From assembly GCA_965285935.1 (NCBI GenBank), contig OZ260662.1:102300001-102364000 (forward strand): 64,000 bases of DNA, read 5' to 3'. Origin of the DNA: Ophelia neglecta (taxonomy: Eukaryota). The position numbers and the translations under genes were made by a program. The notes beneath the pieces are model-generated. The model saw nothing but the letters and a program-made list of their open reading frames with translations. It did no database searches and was not told the DNA's origin. Below are positions 60,695-64,000 of the stretch, piece after piece. Each line of letters opens with the position of its first letter. The first letter of the stretch is position 1.

Positions 60695-62767
60695 AGTATA
60701 CTTAGTCTAGATAACACTCAAGTTTGTTTATGTGAGCTCTTCAGCAGCACAAACCAGATTGTTCCAAACACTTCTCCAAAGAAACTTGCACGTCTATCAG
60801 TTTAACTGTCCACCTAGTCCGCCACCATTTGCTTTGGCTGTTTGTTCCTCTCAAACAAATAGGTCGATATTCACAATATTTTTCAGGTATAGAGATAAGC
60901 ATGGGAGTTAACACAACAACATTGATCCTGGTGCATATACTTCAAGATTCTACAAAGTTTCTATGATATAAACCTTAAATATCATTAAATGTTTGTTTTG
61001 AACTCCTAGGAGTTTGACAATTTAAGAAGAAACAAGTAAAAGCCAGAGTTAACTGTTGGTGTTTTTCTGTTCAAATCTAATAAATTATGAAATATGTAAA
61101 CGGATCATCGTAGACAAGAAATGTATTACCTTAACATTAAAGAAGAACCGCCTTTTATTCATGGCTATGGTTAAAGCTGAAGTGCCCGGTCTCCGTCAAA
61201 GTCCACTTAGAGCCACTCAACATGGTCCTTGCCATGCAGGTTAACAGCTGTCCGTTAGTCAGGGAGTTTTGAGACCTTTTCAATATTACCTCTTCTAAAA
61301 TACTTAGGCAAAAGCACTATTATTCTCGAAGTAGTTAGGTGTAAATGGTGCGCCTGTCACCTAACAAAGATAGATATCTGCTTATTTACTAGATCTTCAT
61401 TCACATCTGTACAGCTGTAGCGAGTATGAGGTCGAATGTTCAACATCGGCAACTAGAGGCCTATTTCGTTTCAAAACATTTGTTTACCTCATATAATGAA
61501 TAGCCATATGTGATGGTAAAATACAAATTAAATTTAAATAATACTTTATAGTGGTTTGATGTTTTTCATGTGGATCGGCGTGAAGATGACTTGACTCAGA
61601 CCACTGGCCGGTATGTTAATTATATATGTAATGCTTTATAGCTGGCTTTTTCACTCAACTGGCATTCATAGTTTGTCACATATAATCATAATTATATTTG
61701 GTGGAGTAGCTAGAATTTTATGACTTTGCTAGTTACCTTTTCAAGTAATTATTTGGTAATTTTCAGAATATGATCAAAATTTGATCAGTGTAAAACTTTT
61801 GGGAGTCGCTGGGAGGAAGGTCCCCCGGAATATTCTTACTAACCCTAATCCAAACTCGGGAGTCCCCCAGTCTAGGATTCCTACTATTTTAATTCTGCCT
61901 GTGTAGACATCCTGGTATATTAGATATCCAGTCTCGAAAGTCTAGTTTATTATGTCCGTCGGTTCTAAGGCACTGGTATACTTCGTCCCCGGGGTATTAT
62001 TACCCTGTGCTTATCCGGGGCACTGCACTCAACAGCCCGGAGACCAAATGGTCTTATACTCTGGCATACTTGATCTAAACCCTTGCCATTGAACTATCTC
62101 CAAGATATCCCTCTTCAATCTCAGTGTTCAATACTTGACCTCATGTATTGACATTTGTAAAAGCTTTCTAAACAGAATAAATATACTCTATTCATATCGA
62201 ATGGTACAATTCACAGCACAGTATAAAATTCACTATTAGAGATTTAAATTGGCCGGTTTCCAAGTGCAGCGCTGTTCAGCGTATATGGTATATTCAACAC
62301 TGTGCCTCAAGTAAGATGACCATGTTCACTGTGAATACTTGACTTGACGTATTTTCCCCTCAAACTCTATTCATGAATTTACTGGATGTGCTATTCAAAT
62401 ATGAAGTCTTATCCGACATGTGTTGTGATTTCGTTCCTTACATTACCTGTCTTATAAAGACTGTGTCACAGTTTTTAACACTGATTTATCTTGGCTTTAT
62501 TTGACAGCATTGCTTCGTAGAACGTGAACTTTAGCCATACTCTACAGGGTACAAGATTTAAGGAAAAACAATGTGCGGTTTCACTAAATTAAAAAAACTT
62601 TAGGCCCAGGGGCCTGTCCTGTATTTATTGATTGTGTTGAGATATTTTTCAGAACTTGAACTAGAGAATTGAAGTTATAAAGGACAAGTCACATCTCAAG
62701 GATAAAGAAACGTACTATTTTTTGCCTCCATCGAATTGCGTTCATCACGTTAACAGAAGAATCCTAG

Positions 62768-62822
62768 ATGGATAAAAATCGTCATCCAATTGACAGAGGG
62801 TACAGCTGGATCATAGTCATTG
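62768..62822 (+). CDS. First coding exon of a monocarboxylate transporter (SLC16/MCT-like) gene, MDKNRHPIDRGYSWIIVI
   Basis: P-x-D-R/G-G-W/Y-x-W motif that precedes TM1 in SLC16; in-frame TAG directly before the ATG; G|GTGAGT donor; likely acceptor at 62652. Confidence 0.8.
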
Positions 62823-64000
62823 GTGAGTCATTTATAATGTTCTTAGTTTTTGCTGTTTTGATTTCTTAATACTGAAGATCGGCAGATAAAATTAGAGTCA
62901 GATTAACTATTGTATAACAATAAATCAGACATGCAAATTGTAAAAAAAATGTACATGACATTTTAGTTCAACCTATATTTTGTTCGGTTGAGTTACTATT
63001 CTTTTCACAGTTGGTTGTAGCCGTATCAAATACGGGCATTGGTGCAAGGTTACCAATGACAACATCGAAGTTCCCGTGATACACGTATTATGATTGCTTC
63101 ATGTTAGCCCGGCATAGTTGTATGCAACCCATGCCTGACCGCACGTGCTGTACAAATACTATTGTTTACTGACTTGGGGATTAATTACATATCACATGAA
63201 ATGATCGGTCCATTACTGTTTACTTAATAAATATATGGCCTGGCCAGAGTCATATTTTCTCTCTGGGAGGGATCCAAGCCATCTGATAAAAACCATGAAT
63301 TCTTTGGCTGAAAAAATAATTCTTTGGCTGAATACTAACAAATTTACTCGAACCTAAAATATAAACATCATATTATTTTTAAGACCAGGCACAAGGCTGA
63401 TATAGGCAACAATGTCATTACTGCAGGAGCAACCATTGAATGGCTAAGTCAACTTAATTTCGGGGGGTGATTATAGATTATGGGGTTTTGTGGAATGGGA
63501 ATTTACTTAATATTGAAAGCAAATTAGGGCAGGGACTTTTAAATTTTTACTTTTTAAAATTAGGAAATATATATTTACTAAGAAATCCTTAAATGCTTTC
63601 TTTTTCCCGTATCTCCAATGCTGTAATGTAATGTAATATGTGGTAGGTCTTTTGATTGCTATCTTAGTCAATTGCTCACACTCCACAATAGAGCGGTGGG
63701 TTGGTTGCCGGTGCTGACCGATGGAAGCATACACTACCATTGTTCTATAAGCTGGAAATACTGTATCTAACTAAATTAAATTGCTGTCAAGTTGCGATTT
63801 GTAGGTAATGCTGTCACCATGGCCTTCTCCACTTTCTACTATGTTTAAACTTAACGCTGACACACTTACTTAGATGACCAGGCAAGCGGGCCTAGTGGCT
63901 ACTCCTCTGTCTAGATTAAACTTAGTTCACGAGTCCATGACATTTCAAGGGGTCTATCTTTTAATCAGTAGTGTCAGTATATAAAATTTAATTGTTCGTT

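Overview
AT-rich invertebrate animal genomic DNA; the SINEs, Penelope fragment and SLC16 N-terminus look lophotrochozoan or mollusc-like, which is inference. One + strand gene dominates the window. I reconstructed it by hand as 25 coding exons (1251..59411) with consistent splice phases, giving about 1440 aa; the start codon appears to lie upstream of the window. Architecture: signal-peptide-like N-terminus, EGF, calcium-binding EGF, three TNFR-type Cys repeats (each its own 75-nt phase 1-1 exon), about 580 aa of unrecognised ectodomain, then a 5-TM module with two large glycosylated helical extracellular loops and a short tail. I do not recognise this as a named protein. Two giant introns (14.5 and 27.5 kb) flank the first TNFR exon. 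They hold TA-targeting MITEs, tRNA-derived SINEs, LINE and Penelope remnants, unusual minisatellites, a 550-bp duplication bracketing a LINE 3' end, and enhancer-like motif clusters. An SLC16/MCT-like gene begins at 62768.
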